Source: a virus. From it: a stretch of DNA of 64,000 nt. Each line of letters opens with the position of its first letter. Position 1 is the stretch's first letter. This document shows, piece after piece, positions 51,929 through 63,600 of this stretch. A program made the position numbers and the translations under genes. The stretch lies in IMG/VR virus record IMGVR_UViG_3300025141_000021; one strand, given 5' to 3'. A model generated the notes under the pieces. It was given only the letters and a program-made list of their open reading frames with translations. It had not been told where the DNA came from and did no database searches.

Positions 51929-54900
51929 TTACTCGCAAGGTTCTACTGGATCACCGGTAGAAGTGGACAGATTTGCTGCGCGTCGGGCCTCTTCCTTTTC
52001 TCGCGGCTCTAAGAAGCCCAATAGAAGATATATAAAGCCAAATGGTCCGAGAGGGGGGCCAAATCCTAGGAACAAATCGATTGGGCCCAGTAAAATCTGT
52101 AATTTCTGCATGTTCATCTTATCTTGTAGCCACTCATCAATATTATAATCTTCAATGTCGTCGATCAATGTCATCGCCTCATCAACTAAAGCTTTAATTG
52201 CCGGTGGCAGTGGCGGGAGCTTTCCTGTTTTACCATTCCAAGTTGGAGAACATGCCATTACTGCTTCTACGGCAACGTTAATTCCCTGTTGTGCTTCATC
52301 ATAAGTGTTTGCTGCGTTATCCAAAGTGTCTATTGCTGCTTCGGCCACATCTGCTGCCATTGCTCGGGTTTTTTTAGCTTCTTCAAGTGCTTGTCTCAAT
52401 ATTTTTTCAATAATTGTGCGTATTATTCTCGCAATAATAACGTTTGGAGACAATATCTCTGCCAAGCTCTTAATAATCATCAACGGGGTCATAATGATCA
52501 TCTTCGCAATTTCGCCCGCCATGGCTCCTCCGGGAGCGAAGTCGGGTACAGTCGTTGCGTTTCTATCGGCACAAGCTTTCATACCAGCATTGCCACCACT
52601 TTCTACTATTGATTGGTCTTCATAGCGATAATCGGCGCCGAACAATATTGCTTCTAATAATTGCTTTAAATTTATTCTTGTTCCTTCAAATGCAAAACCT
52701 TGAGAAGCTTCTATTGTTTGAACCGCCATTAGCATCGTCGGTAATTGCTGTGCCAGATTAATATCAAAACAGTTCTTGAACAAAAAGTTATATTCTGGTG
52801 TTGCAACCATATCGTTTATAAGATTATTAATTGCATCAGCGCCGTTCCAGTTATTACTATAGATAAGGCTTTGATCGAATTCGGTCTCAACTTCTATTAA
52901 CGGAATTGGATGCATATTTTTCTCTGTTGTTACTGTGGTCGCGGGTTCCTCGGATGGAATAATGTTGACCACCGTCGGGGTTTGTTCGCCAGTAAGGACA
53001 CGCCGAAGATCTCCTTGAGGAGTAAAGAAGCCCGGGCGATCAGAACGTGAGCGAGCGCCCACTTGGATTACATACCACCAATTATCGTTAACGTCTTTTG
53101 CCATAATTCCGTTTTGCCACTCTGCTTTGCCAGAAAACTTTGGGCCAGTCAGATGTTTAAACAGCCAATCGTTTGCATGTTTAAATCCACCGCCATCTGG
53201 ATTATTAACATCTAAATGCTTAAGCAGAGTCAGCATGTCCTGCCTGCGCATTGCCGGCTGGACTACGTGATGCTCAGTGAGCGGCGGCGCACCGTGCGCT
53301 GCCGTGCCGACACCCAGCACTTCCGGCATTGCAGTAATTTTCATTCTCTTCCAGCCCATTCTATGGTCGCCGTATTGGTCGAAGGCGCCCATACCCCCGG
53401 GGATCATATTGCCGTGCATCGCTTGGTAATCGGCCGGATTGCCTGCTGCCCCAATTGGTACGAACGAATTACCATGAGCGCCGCTCGAGTTGTCGGTGAG
53501 GTGCGATTTTGCCCAGCCCACTGCCTCATATCTGGCCTGCATGCTGCCGCCGCTCGGCAGTGGGCTGGGGCCAAGCCGATCATTCGTCACTTCGCTTGGC
53601 CGGCCAACGGGGCCGGCTTCTGGGCCGTTAGCAAATGGACCAACATCATAATCTCCTACATTGCCGAGCGAGCTGTCTCCAATCGTCATAGTCTCGTTTC
53701 GCGTGTGATTAGGATCTCCAGTCGGGTTCTCGGGCGTGGGGTAGGGATTGAAAAGTCTTAAATCTCGATGCCAACTTTTAGCTTTATATTTTTTATCGTC
53801 GCCGCGGACCTGTTTATAATATATTGGTACAACCAGTGCATAAAAAGTATCGTTATCGCCGCCCTCTTCGGCACCAAAGTCTCGATATATACTTTCATTG
53901 CCTGTTATAACTACAGTTGAATTACCGCCAATTTTCTGGTTCGCATATTCTCTCCAAAAAAATGCTTTCTCAAATACTGTTTGTTTAACTTTCTCATTTG
54001 GGTGGTAATGATTTATTAGATTGCCGGCTCGGAAGGGGAAAGCCTTTCCACCACCATTGAGTCCTACATGCCGCTGATTGCCGAAGTCGACTGAGGTGAG
54101 GGGAGGTACAAGCTGCTGGGCATCCCATGAGTACATTGAATATTCTGGAATATTGGACGGAGGTATCCAAACTAATCTTAATCCCCAGCGCCAATCATCG
54201 AAATACTCTGCAAATTTTGTTTTATCTGTAAGGTCATGAACCTCCTGAGAAAAGGCTCCCGGTAAAACATCCAGTGCAAACGAGGGCGAGTTGAGACGGA
54301 AACCCTGTATATATCGCTGCCATGCGCCCGGGCTAACACAGCCGACATAAGGGCAACCAACGTTGTGACTGTTCCTGTCGGAGTAGGTGCTGAGGCCGTC
54401 GACCGTCTCGTTCATAAATGTCTCGTGTCGATTTCGGAAGGGTATTACCCGGGCAACATCCTGCTCGATGATCGCTGTCTGCGATGAGTGGCTCATGATG
54501 TCGGACCAGCCGGCGCTAGTTCTATCGTAAAACGCTCTCAGGCTTGTTTCAGTCCATGTCGGAGTGTTTTCCGGGGCCGAGCCGGGCATGCCATCGACCA
54601 TTCCTGCATCAACAATGCGTATATATTTTTGTAAAGCAAAAGTACCACCATGCTTTGCAAGCAAGGGCAGATCATAGCCTTTTGCTTTGGCATCATCCAA
54701 AAACTGACTAATTGTTTGGCCAACCCACCAGGATGGAAGACTTCTTAAATAATCTTGTGGCGCCGTGAGCGGATTAACTGCAATTGGGGCGCCGGTGGAG
54801 ATTTTTGCATTAGTAACCATCCTCTCAACATCATCGGCTATATCCAGCAACTGTTCGTCCATTATTGTTATAACTGCAGAATCTAAGGCATTTTGATCGG

Positions 54901-57900
54901 TTGATAGGCTAACTGCGCCGGAAGAAAGCGAACGTGAAGTATCTAAAGTAGTTCGGAGTTCATTGACCAGTTCTTTAAGAGTGCCGTTTTGCATTGCAAG
55001 GGCAAATTGTGCAATATGACTATAAAATGCAGAAGGTATCATCTGTGTCGATTTCATGCCCCTACCTGATCTAAGATTCTTCATTTTATTTAAGATTAGC
55101 GGCTTAATGAGATCTGCAAATCCCGCGGCTGTCGGATCATTTCTTAATTTAAATGTGCCTAATTGAGTATTTCCTCCCGTTGTTGTTATCACACTTTTAA
55201 TTGCAGGATCTGAAAACATAAATATACCTTTAACCGAAAAGTCTAAACAATATAAACGTATAACAGCTTTAACAATTGCTCCTACAACCTCTGATGCGAG
55301 ATTATCCTCGCATGGATCATCATGAAAATTTTGCTTAGCTCCTTTAAGCAGCGCTGGAATATCTAATAATTTTCCCGGGGCGCCGGGTGGACACTCATAT
55401 GATCCAAAGAAATCTAATTTATCAAGCGCCCCTGGTTGGAGAAGTGGTAAGTTTTTTAAACGCTCGGCTTCTTGTCGTATAAATTTTAAGTATAATCCGT
55501 GATAGCCGCGGCTCATATGTTTGGCTTTATAGGCAGAGGTCCCGCCCATCGGGGCCGGCCCGCAAATATAAGAATTGATTCCATTCATTATCCGAATATC
55601 ATGCGTCGTGACGGGGTTTTCGTGGGCGTATTTAAGATTAAATGCATTCTTCCATTTGTTTTTTACAAATCTGGCAAAATCTAGAACTTTTGTATTACGA
55701 TTTCTCAAGCTTTCATCAGAGATATCGGTGCCGGGTGACGCCTCAGTAGTGCCTGCTAACGCTTGATACCATGATTGTGCTTCGAAAGCTGATCTTCTTT
55801 CTTGGAACCAATAATTCGACAAGAATTGTCCGTCGGCATTATAAAATTGAAGGGCTTGACTGAGTGGCCTGACGTTGAGCGGGCCGCTGGTCAACAATGT
55901 CAGCTCCATTCTCTTCGTGCCCTTAACAAGTAAACTATAGCGGTCAGTGATCCAGTTAGCGTCCGCCGTGCGGGCCGATCCTAGACGGGCTCGATGTTCT
56001 AACAAATTCGCTTGGCGGGCACTGCCGGCGGATGTTGATGTCGACGCTGTGCGTATAAAAGACATTGCCTCCAACATCTCTCTTTGCTCTTTAAACGGAT
56101 CAAAGTTTTTCCTTTGTATCCTGCCAAAATTATCTGCTGTTATTGTTTCATACTCAGCCTCGATATCAGCTATCATTGAATACGGGGCTAAATAATATTT
56201 TGTTGCAACCATTGCTGGGGAAGAGATGACAATTGGGTTTTCAAGATCGATGTTGAAGATGGAATTGATTGTGATCCATAGGGGCCAGCCAACAACCGGG
56301 TCCGGGCCATCGCCGGGATTGGGGGTACCCACAGCGCCGGTGGTGACAACCTCGCCGGCGTTCAAAATTGTTCCATCGTCTTCCCACCTACCATGAGGCC
56401 AGTCAATTGTTTCTTCTAAGATCTCGACCTTCTGAACGGTGCCCGCTTCGACGTTTCCGTCAGCGTCTTTAGTGCCGTTCAGGGCCGACATGAGCACTCC
56501 CCCGCCTTTTTCTATTTCTAAGGCCTGTTGTTTGCAGCGTGCGATTCTGCGCATATGTCTTTCTAGGGGGTATAGGTTGCCTGATGCATCCTTATCAGCA
56601 GCGCGGGATTGGAACTTGTGTCCTGCGGGCGCTGGCTTAAGGGCGGTGGGATCGCCACCCGGTGGAATGACTTTGCCGGTCTCGATGAGACCACCAGTGC
56701 CATGGAGGTCATCCGGAAACCAGCCAAGATATGTCAATGGAACGAAGACAAGCGTTTGACTTCGATCTGGGCCCAGGAGTTGATTAAGCGGATTGTCGTA
56801 GTCTACTGCGCCTTCTCGTCCAGTTCCAAATACTTCAGCCAATTCGGCATCAAAGGTCATTGCCGGGGCATCAAACAAAACCTTCATTGTTTGGTCGACC
56901 ATGTGTGCAATTGAAGGTATCTCTGCTGGAGCGCCAGGAATCCTAGCTATACACCCAGAGGCCGCGTCTTCAACCGCTTCCAATGGATTAGTGCTGAGAA
57001 TATCGGCTATTGAATTTACATTATCCATAAGCTCTTCTGTTCGTGGATCGGGGAAGGGCCTTGGCACCGGTGTACAAACCGGGCCTCCTCGGATATCCAA
57101 TTCTTCTGCCGCTAGCGTAATCGCATCGCACAATTCTGGATCAACGTTAACTCCCAAAGATTTAAAGAAGTCCGCTATGTTGTTGGTATTTAAGAAAAAG
57201 TCACATTGTGGGGGACTCAAACGCGGATCAATGTCGTTTTGTTCGAAATACAATCGTATGTTTTGTAAAGTTCTGGGGCCTGGTTCGCCTTTTAGCAATT
57301 CGCAAATTTGTGAAGGCGTGAGGAATTTTGATATATCGCCCAATATTTTTGGGCCATTCTCGGCCACAGCGGCTTTTGCTTCAGGGTCTAATCCTATATC
57401 ATCGTCAAGCCAATGGGGGTCCGTATTACCAGTATCAACCAAGTCGTTCATATCTTCTGTGCCTGGCTCCGGAGATGCCGCGGCCAAACAGGCTTCCAAT
57501 AATTGTGTTAATACTTCAAGCAATATCCGAATAATGGTCTGGATTATCATTTTTTTAATGGCTTCTTCAATTTCTTCCATCGCCATTTTTTTAATGTCTA
57601 ATACTGGCAACTTTGGAATAAACATTGAGGGAGTTATTGGCGGGAGATGTTGACCAAATCGATCCTTAATGCCCGCAAAGCTTTCAACCATGGCTGCGGC
57701 ATTTTCTGCAGTCTCCATAGCCGAATCGGCAATTGATCTTACGTTATTTACCATATCTGTTGGATTTGGCAGATCGCCGGCTTCTATGCCAGCGTTAGGA
57801 ATTTGTGCCAAAAGACATTCCATTGCCATGGCGGCAATTTGTTGAAGTCCATATTTATTTAGAATTTGGTCATAGGTGACCATTATTTTCTCCATGGCCT

Positions 57901-59683
57901 TACGTGCCTTTTCGATCTTCTCCATTCCCTTTTGTAAGGCCTCTGGTGCAGTATTAATCTGCTCCACCATTTCTTTTCTAGATAAATTCTTTTTGCTAGC
58001 TTTCTTTTTAAATGCTATGCCAGCTTTCTTTCTTCTTCTTTCTTCTTTTTTCTTTGACGCCCGTGTTTTGTGAGGTGTCGCTTTTTCGTCATTTTTGCGC
58101 AGCGTCTCATCAGTGCTTTCTTCACCGGGGGTCGACCATTTAATTTTAACTAGAGGATATATAAATCTTTGAATAAACATTTCCCAGTTGTTGCCAAATT
58201 CAGTATTTGGCTTTGGGTGGAGGTATCCGTCTATTAACTTAGTATGTTGAATTAACGTATGTGTACGAGCACTTATGTCTCTTAATTTTTTGGCTCCTGG
58301 AGTATTAAAGCCGTGTTCTGACGATCTTTCAAATAAGGCCTGTTCATTCAGTACGGTGCTTACATTCTTTTTTAAAATTAGGAATTCAAGATCATGATTT
58401 CCTGAAAGTCCAAGTTCTAATTCTGAATCGGCCGGCATCGGCCAAACTCCAAATTTTTCTAATGCACTTCTAAATTTTGGAAGATATTGTTCATATCGGT
58501 CCACTTCTTGGCTCATATCCAAGCTTCCAACATCTAGGCCATCGCTTTTTGCGCTTTCTACCTTGCTATGGATTCTTCCCATGAGCTTGGCAACTCTTTC
58601 AACTCTCTGGTGCATGCGCTGGGGGTCAAGGTCGAGTTGTCCGCTAACATCAGGATCCAACTCTTCTGCAGTAAGTGTTAAAATATGTTCTGCCCCAACA
58701 CGATTGCGAACATCATTGGCGTTGGAAGTGATAAGGCTTGGTATGCCATCAAGTTCTAGAGCAGAGATCTTAAGCAATACATATGTCACATCTGAAAGAT
58801 ATGCGTCTTCGTTAACAATTGAAACTTTTGTTTTGAGAACTTCTAAATCAATGCCAGAAGTATCTTTGTTAAAATGTGAAAGAAAATTATCTCTAGCCGC
58901 TTCTTGTGCCTGCGAATATAATATTTCAAGATCTTGTGAGGATGGGCCGGCCCTCGGCGCAGTATGTGTATACCAATAATCTGGTTGTTGGTTGTTCTCC
59001 TGGCCATTCCATCCCTTTGCGGGGCCCCATGGATTTGGATCATGTGTTGTCCAGTCCATGGACTGGATCAACTGCCAGCCTCCAAGTTCGTCGACGGCGG
59101 TGACAGGCACTTTTACAATTACATGTACCCATACTGCATCGGTACCACAAGCAAAATTTCCAGTTTGTGACCAGCTTAAAGCGATATCTCTAGCTTGTCC
59201 TCCATCCCAGGAAAGATTGTTTGATGGATTGGGTTCGGGATTTTCTGGCCCATACCATTCGCTAACGCCCTGGCGGGTATTGGCCGGAATTTCAATGGGT
59301 GTCGATGTTCCGGGAAGAGTATAAGCGGTGGTGGCGCGTTCAACGGTCATCTGCCAAAACGTGGCAGAGTTAACTAAATCTGGAGCCTTGGCTTCATCTT
59401 TATTTTGAGATCTTAATATGCTTTTGATCGCATCGAGTTTGGCATTATTAATTGCCTCTTCCGCGGATCCAACAAGACCAAAGGTTGGTACGTCGCTGCC
59501 GCCGGCTCTGCTATGCCACTGGGTCTCTGTAGTACCATCTTGCCTTTCTGCATCGGCAGCGCTACGTATTCTTATTGCTTTTCCGGTCGCGACATAATCA
59601 TCTCCAAGCGTTGTTGGATCTTTAAACCTTGTTAAGTCATACGGCGTTTGTTCGTTTGCGGCATTTTCTGGATATTGTGGCAT
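51929..59683 (-). CDS. Very large hypothetical protein (virion/ejection protein candidate)
   Basis: 2584-aa uninterrupted ORF between the baseplate hub and gp25. Helical segments and a hydrophobic C-terminus. Confidence 0.7.
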   Translation of the reverse strand: MPQYPENAANEQTPYDLTRFKDPTTLGDDYVATGKAIRIRSAADAERQDGTTETQWHSRAGGSDVPTFGLVGSAEEAINNAKLDAIKSILRSQNKDEAKAPDLVNSATFWQMTVERATTAYTLPGTSTPIEIPANTRQGVSEWYGPENPEPNPSNNLSWDGGQARDIALSWSQTGNFACGTDAVWVHVIVKVPVTAVDELGGWQLIQSMDWTTHDPNPWGPAKGWNGQENNQQPDYWYTHTAPRAGPSSQDLEILYSQAQEAARDNFLSHFNKDTSGIDLEVLKTKVSIVNEDAYLSDVTYVLLKISALELDGIPSLITSNANDVRNRVGAEHILTLTAEELDPDVSGQLDLDPQRMHQRVERVAKLMGRIHSKVESAKSDGLDVGSLDMSQEVDRYEQYLPKFRSALEKFGVWPMPADSELELGLSGNHDLEFLILKKNVSTVLNEQALFERSSEHGFNTPGAKKLRDISARTHTLIQHTKLIDGYLHPKPNTEFGNNWEMFIQRFIYPLVKIKWSTPGEESTDETLRKNDEKATPHKTRASKKKEERRRKKAGIAFKKKASKKNLSRKEMVEQINTAPEALQKGMEKIEKARKAMEKIMVTYDQILNKYGLQQIAAMAMECLLAQIPNAGIEAGDLPNPTDMVNNVRSIADSAMETAENAAAMVESFAGIKDRFGQHLPPITPSMFIPKLPVLDIKKMAMEEIEEAIKKMIIQTIIRILLEVLTQLLEACLAAASPEPGTEDMNDLVDTGNTDPHWLDDDIGLDPEAKAAVAENGPKILGDISKFLTPSQICELLKGEPGPRTLQNIRLYFEQNDIDPRLSPPQCDFFLNTNNIADFFKSLGVNVDPELCDAITLAAEELDIRGGPVCTPVPRPFPDPRTEELMDNVNSIADILSTNPLEAVEDAASGCIARIPGAPAEIPSIAHMVDQTMKVLFDAPAMTFDAELAEVFGTGREGAVDYDNPLNQLLGPDRSQTLVFVPLTYLGWFPDDLHGTGGLIETGKVIPPGGDPTALKPAPAGHKFQSRAADKDASGNLYPLERHMRRIARCKQQALEIEKGGGVLMSALNGTKDADGNVEAGTVQKVEILEETIDWPHGRWEDDGTILNAGEVVTTGAVGTPNPGDGPDPVVGWPLWITINSIFNIDLENPIVISSPAMVATKYYLAPYSMIADIEAEYETITADNFGRIQRKNFDPFKEQREMLEAMSFIRTASTSTSAGSARQANLLEHRARLGSARTADANWITDRYSLLVKGTKRMELTLLTSGPLNVRPLSQALQFYNADGQFLSNYWFQERRSAFEAQSWYQALAGTTEASPGTDISDESLRNRNTKVLDFARFVKNKWKNAFNLKYAHENPVTTHDIRIMNGINSYICGPAPMGGTSAYKAKHMSRGYHGLYLKFIRQEAERLKNLPLLQPGALDKLDFFGSYECPPGAPGKLLDIPALLKGAKQNFHDDPCEDNLASEVVGAIVKAVIRLYCLDFSVKGIFMFSDPAIKSVITTTGGNTQLGTFKLRNDPTAAGFADLIKPLILNKMKNLRSGRGMKSTQMIPSAFYSHIAQFALAMQNGTLKELVNELRTTLDTSRSLSSGAVSLSTDQNALDSAVITIMDEQLLDIADDVERMVTNAKISTGAPIAVNPLTAPQDYLRSLPSWWVGQTISQFLDDAKAKGYDLPLLAKHGGTFALQKYIRIVDAGMVDGMPGSAPENTPTWTETSLRAFYDRTSAGWSDIMSHSSQTAIIEQDVARVIPFRNRHETFMNETVDGLSTYSDRNSHNVGCPYVGCVSPGAWQRYIQGFRLNSPSFALDVLPGAFSQEVHDLTDKTKFAEYFDDWRWGLRLVWIPPSNIPEYSMYSWDAQQLVPPLTSVDFGNQRHVGLNGGGKAFPFRAGNLINHYHPNEKVKQTVFEKAFFWREYANQKIGGNSTVVITGNESIYRDFGAEEGGDNDTFYALVVPIYYKQVRGDDKKYKAKSWHRDLRLFNPYPTPENPTGDPNHTRNETMTIGDSSLGNVGDYDVGPFANGPEAGPVGRPSEVTNDRLGPSPLPSGGSMQARYEAVGWAKSHLTDNSSGAHGNSFVPIGAAGNPADYQAMHGNMIPGGMGAFDQYGDHRMGWKRMKITAMPEVLGVGTAAHGAPPLTEHHVVQPAMRRQDMLTLLKHLDVNNPDGGGFKHANDWLFKHLTGPKFSGKAEWQNGIMAKDVNDNWWYVIQVGARSRSDRPGFFTPQGDLRRVLTGEQTPTVVNIIPSEEPATTVTTEKNMHPIPLIEVETEFDQSLIYSNNWNGADAINNLINDMVATPEYNFLFKNCFDINLAQQLPTMLMAVQTIEASQGFAFEGTRINLKQLLEAILFGADYRYEDQSIVESGGNAGMKACADRNATTVPDFAPGGAMAGEIAKMIIMTPLMIIKSLAEILSPNVIIARIIRTIIEKILRQALEEAKKTRAMAADVAEAAIDTLDNAANTYDEAQQGINVAVEAVMACSPTWNGKTGKLPPLPPAIKALVDEAMTLIDDIEDYNIDEWLQDKMNMQKLQILLGPIDLFLGFGPPLGPFGFIYLLLGFLEPREKEEARRAANLSTSTGDPVEPCE

Positions 59684-59691
59684 ACTTTATT

Positions 59692-60666
59692 CTAATTCGT
59701 GCTATTAAAGCGGCTATTGATGTATTTTGCGCCGGCTTGTGATAGATAATTTGTTCGAAAGTTTATTAAATTTGTTCGATTTAGTGTTAATTGCACCATT
59801 CCCTGTTGTAACAAATTAACACAAGATTTAATTCCCACAGCCATAACAATCGGAGATGGAGTTGTTGTTAAGCCAAAGAATGGTGAATGATGCCAATGAT
59901 TTTGGATTGCATTATTATATTCCATCTGGGTTGTGAGAATCGTATCCACCAAGCCATTTAACGTTTCTACTTGTTGAGCTAATACTTCAATTGCTTCAGC
60001 AAGATTTTTCCCTTTTACTAGCGGCTGCAGTTCATATACTGTTGATTTTGCACCTGGAGCCATCGGATCAAATTGTAAATCGGTATAATTTCCTGCAATT
60101 AATTCAATTCCTCCCACGGAATTTAAAGATGCCCCTTGAGAATTTTTAGCGTCTCCTTTTGTCACGATTTTAATCGTCTCTCGACCAACTATTCTAACGT
60201 GATCTGCTTTTAGTGCAATTGCTGATCGAGGAGCCTCTTCTCCGGAGGGCAATTGTGATGTCCCAACATTACCCGGCACTATCTTAAAGTTGGTGTCAAT
60301 TTGGGTTTTCTGGCTTATATAAATTCTAGCAGCGTCTGAGTGATAAAAACTTCCGTCTTTATCAACATCGCAAAAAACAGGATCAACAATAACATCAGAT
60401 TTTGGTTCTGGACCCATTCTACCGACAACAATGTCAATTGAGCCGGCTTGAGTGTCGCCTCTTCCTCCGTAGCCGCTAGCGAAGCTTCGTGGGCGATCAC
60501 GGCCTAATACAATCCAACTATTGTTTTCGCCCTCGATTATCTTTTCGCAAGGAGCCTTATCAAATAAAGGTATCGGCTCAGCGAGTTTGTCACATTCTAT
60601 TCCTAATAATTCCGGATTTGTTGGTGGGCCGTCGTCGCCAAAATTGCTAGCTTTTTTACTTACCAT
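59692..60666 (-). CDS. Baseplate hub/spike, gp5 C-terminal-like
   Basis: WIVLGRDRP, DAARIYISQK, AIALKADHVRIVGRETIKIVT beta-repeat pattern. Baseplate gene context. Confidence 0.55.
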   Translation of the reverse strand: MVSKKASNFGDDGPPTNPELLGIECDKLAEPIPLFDKAPCEKIIEGENNSWIVLGRDRPRSFASGYGGRGDTQAGSIDIVVGRMGPEPKSDVIVDPVFCDVDKDGSFYHSDAARIYISQKTQIDTNFKIVPGNVGTSQLPSGEEAPRSAIALKADHVRIVGRETIKIVTKGDAKNSQGASLNSVGGIELIAGNYTDLQFDPMAPGAKSTVYELQPLVKGKNLAEAIEVLAQQVETLNGLVDTILTTQMEYNNAIQNHWHHSPFFGLTTTPSPIVMAVGIKSCVNLLQQGMVQLTLNRTNLINFRTNYLSQAGAKYINSRFNSTN

Positions 60667-60674
60667 AATTCCCT

Positions 60675-63600
60675 CTAATTAAACGTGGCGTCCCACACTG
60701 CGCCGAAGAAGCCCTCTCCAGCTGCCTTCTCTTCAGTGAATCTTCCAGACCAGCCAAGATTTTCACGGCGTTCTTCTTCCGCGGCTTTGGCGGCTTCGGC
60801 TTCTTCCGCTGCGCGGAGTGCGGCTGCGTCTGCAGCTGCTTTATTTCTTGCCGCGGCTTCCCTATCAGCTTTTTCACGCCATGCTTGTGACTTTTCGGCG
60901 TGATCAGGAAGATCAGCAGCCGACATGACGACACAGAACCCGCCGCCGGTGACCTTTGTTGGTTTGCTGCGTATCGACCCGTCGGACGTGGGGCCCCAGT
61001 TGTTGTGGGGTGTGAAGGGAATGGGCTTGCCATATGGATTATTGTTTCCGGCCCAACGCCAGGCCGGATGTTCGCCCGTGCCGTTCCATATTTTGGAGGG
61101 TAGCTTATAGGCGCCGGCTTTATGGAACGTCATGACCTGGCCAGACTTCTTGTTTGTATTATCACCGCGGGGTCCAGATGGACTATCCGGGCCGCGAAGA
61201 TAGGAAATGTGGATCCAAGTAGGCGCAAATTTATCGACGCCGGCGGCGCCGTTGCTGCTTTCTAGAATAAGCTGACCAAATGGAAGCCCGCTTTCTGCAA
61301 TCCAGTGAAAAACCTCTGCAACTGCAGCTAATGTCGCGCTGTCTTTGCGGAGGGCGTATTTGTCGCCGTATACACCGGTGTCGGGTCGTCCGTAGCCGGT
61401 GGCATATTCCTTTGGCACGATCCATATGTCTGCCGCTTGACCGTGATTGTGTTGTGAGCTTGCAACGCCATTGACTGCAGTATTGTGTGCGATAGATCTC
61501 AAGGCAGAATTAATTAACAGAGTGTTGCCAAACTGTTCTTTAATTGGCTCCAATAATTCTCTCACAAGATTTCGAAAATCTACAATTCGACCTGGCGGAT
61601 CAAGATCCTTGCCGGTGGTCGATTTTGTTGTGGTTTTTGCCTCCCATTGATTACACTCTTTATAAATTGTAGTCGACCCAAATTTTCTTTTATCTGGGCC
61701 AGACTCTTCTGGGCTAATTTGCAATTTTGCGAACTTCGGTAATTTGAAATCATCTGGAAATTTATGGCCAATTACTGGATTATCTTTGCAATCGCCTTTG
61801 GAACACGTTGAGCATGAACAATCTTCTCTAGGGGGCCAATAGCCTTCATTACAAACTCCGACTGATTTGTCGATATGTTGTTTTAATGATTTCTTGGCTT
61901 CTTCGCATTCTTCACATTTTTGTTCAGCTTGGCCTGTTCCTTTTGGCACTTGATTTTCTGCAGTGGTGGCCACAGGTGTTGCGGTGGGATAATCTGAAGC
62001 AGTCGAGTCGACTGGGCGTACTTTTGCTAAAAATGCCGCGGCAACCCACGCGCCGCCTTCTGGAATATCATGTAGATTACCAGCTTGGCTAGCGTCCCAT
62101 TTAATTATACCTTGATCATCCGGTGCTGGCTTTTCTGCTCGGTCAAAATGATACCACATATCATTACCACCCACCGCGTAGCCTTTTTGCGCATGGCCCG
62201 TCATGCGTAGCTTGGTTTTTCTAGGAAGGGAGTTCCATGGCGGTTCCGATTTGGCGCCCAGTGGGCCGCCGGCTGGAGGAGCAACTTTTCTTATATTCAT
62301 CATTCCAAATTGCTTTTTTACGTTTATGAAATTAAAGCGACCGATATGTTGCAGCATTGTTTCTAGGTTAATGGCCTTGTGGCGCGCCTGGGCAAGGGCT
62401 GCCTCCCAGTAGCCCACGCAGAAGCCGCTAGCCGTTTCCGCGGTCTCCATGGCGAGGTCAAATTGATCGAGTGTGCTCAGTGTATCCATATAAAAATCGT
62501 TGTTTTCTCCAAGCCCAAAGCCTTCTATCTCATTATCAACCTCGGCCCGTATGCCTGAAGCCAACTCAAGCAAGGCCTGTATCTGGCCGGCCTGATCGGT
62601 AGATTTACTGAGGCCTTGTTCCGCGGCAGGGATATTTCGAAAACCAGATTGCGCAATTTGCTCTTTCATATCAGCAACGTCTTGACTCATCTCAGAAATA
62701 ATTGTATTTATTTCATCAGTTTTTTCTCGCATACTAGGAATAGCAGATTGTACAATATAAATAAATGCCTGTTGTTCGAGAACTGTCAGCTGAGAAACTT
62801 CTTCGGAGAGCATTCCTTCAATTGAAGCTATTTCATCTTCTAAGTCGGTGAAGGTATCATCAGAATCTAAAGATGCATCGTTAACGTCGATACCTGCGTC
62901 CTCAAGCTCTCCTGGCAATTGAGCTGCTTCGGCTGCGTCGTCGTCGAGGACTTGTGATACTTCACTAGCAGAAGTTTGTACATCAGTATCTGGATTGACT
63001 AGGGGCTCCTCCTCGGATTGAAAAAGTTCTGCGAGTAATGTCTCTGTAGCGCTCCTTTGCGCCATCCAATCTCCATCCGGTACCACAGGAAGGCTTGCGG
63101 CATCGCCATGCAGATGTTGTTGCTCGCCGGCCATAAAAGCGGTTCGAGCGGGTGAGTCTCCTTCTGGAGCAGTTGCTTGTGTTTTGTAGGGACAAGGTGG
63201 TTCAATATCTTCACACTCAAATGTTGTTTTGGGTGGTTCTTCATCTATAATCCCAGTCCACACACCAGAATCAAACTCGGTCTTAGAATCGAACTTTACT
63301 TCAACCGTCTGGCCAGCAATTGGCTTTGGTAAGTGTGGCCACTTTGCTGTAAAAACGGGATACATATCTATAATCTTATTGGTTCTCATAGCCGCATCGC
63401 TTGTATCGCCTGGAACCGGCAAGCATTCTGGATGCGGAAGTACCTGTCCCTGCAGTTCGGGAATAAATACTTTAATTCTTGCTAAGGCTTTACTAAATCG
63501 AATTTTTTTAAGCCACCTTCCATGAGGCATATCTGGGGCAAAACTATCTTTTGTCCACTCTGGCTCAACCCTTAAAATAAGTCCCGTATAAGTTGTGCCC

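Noticed and set aside
56901-57653. 250-aa plus-strand ORF, and similar antisense ORFs such as 4824..5189, 53216..53761 and 41990..42550
   Set aside because: Fully antisense to long genes, Ser-rich shadow composition, no SD or recognisable motifs.
60656-61033. 125-aa alternative-frame minus-strand ORF
   Set aside because: Overlaps the Ala/Glu tail of the 1026-aa gene, with no SD or motif support.
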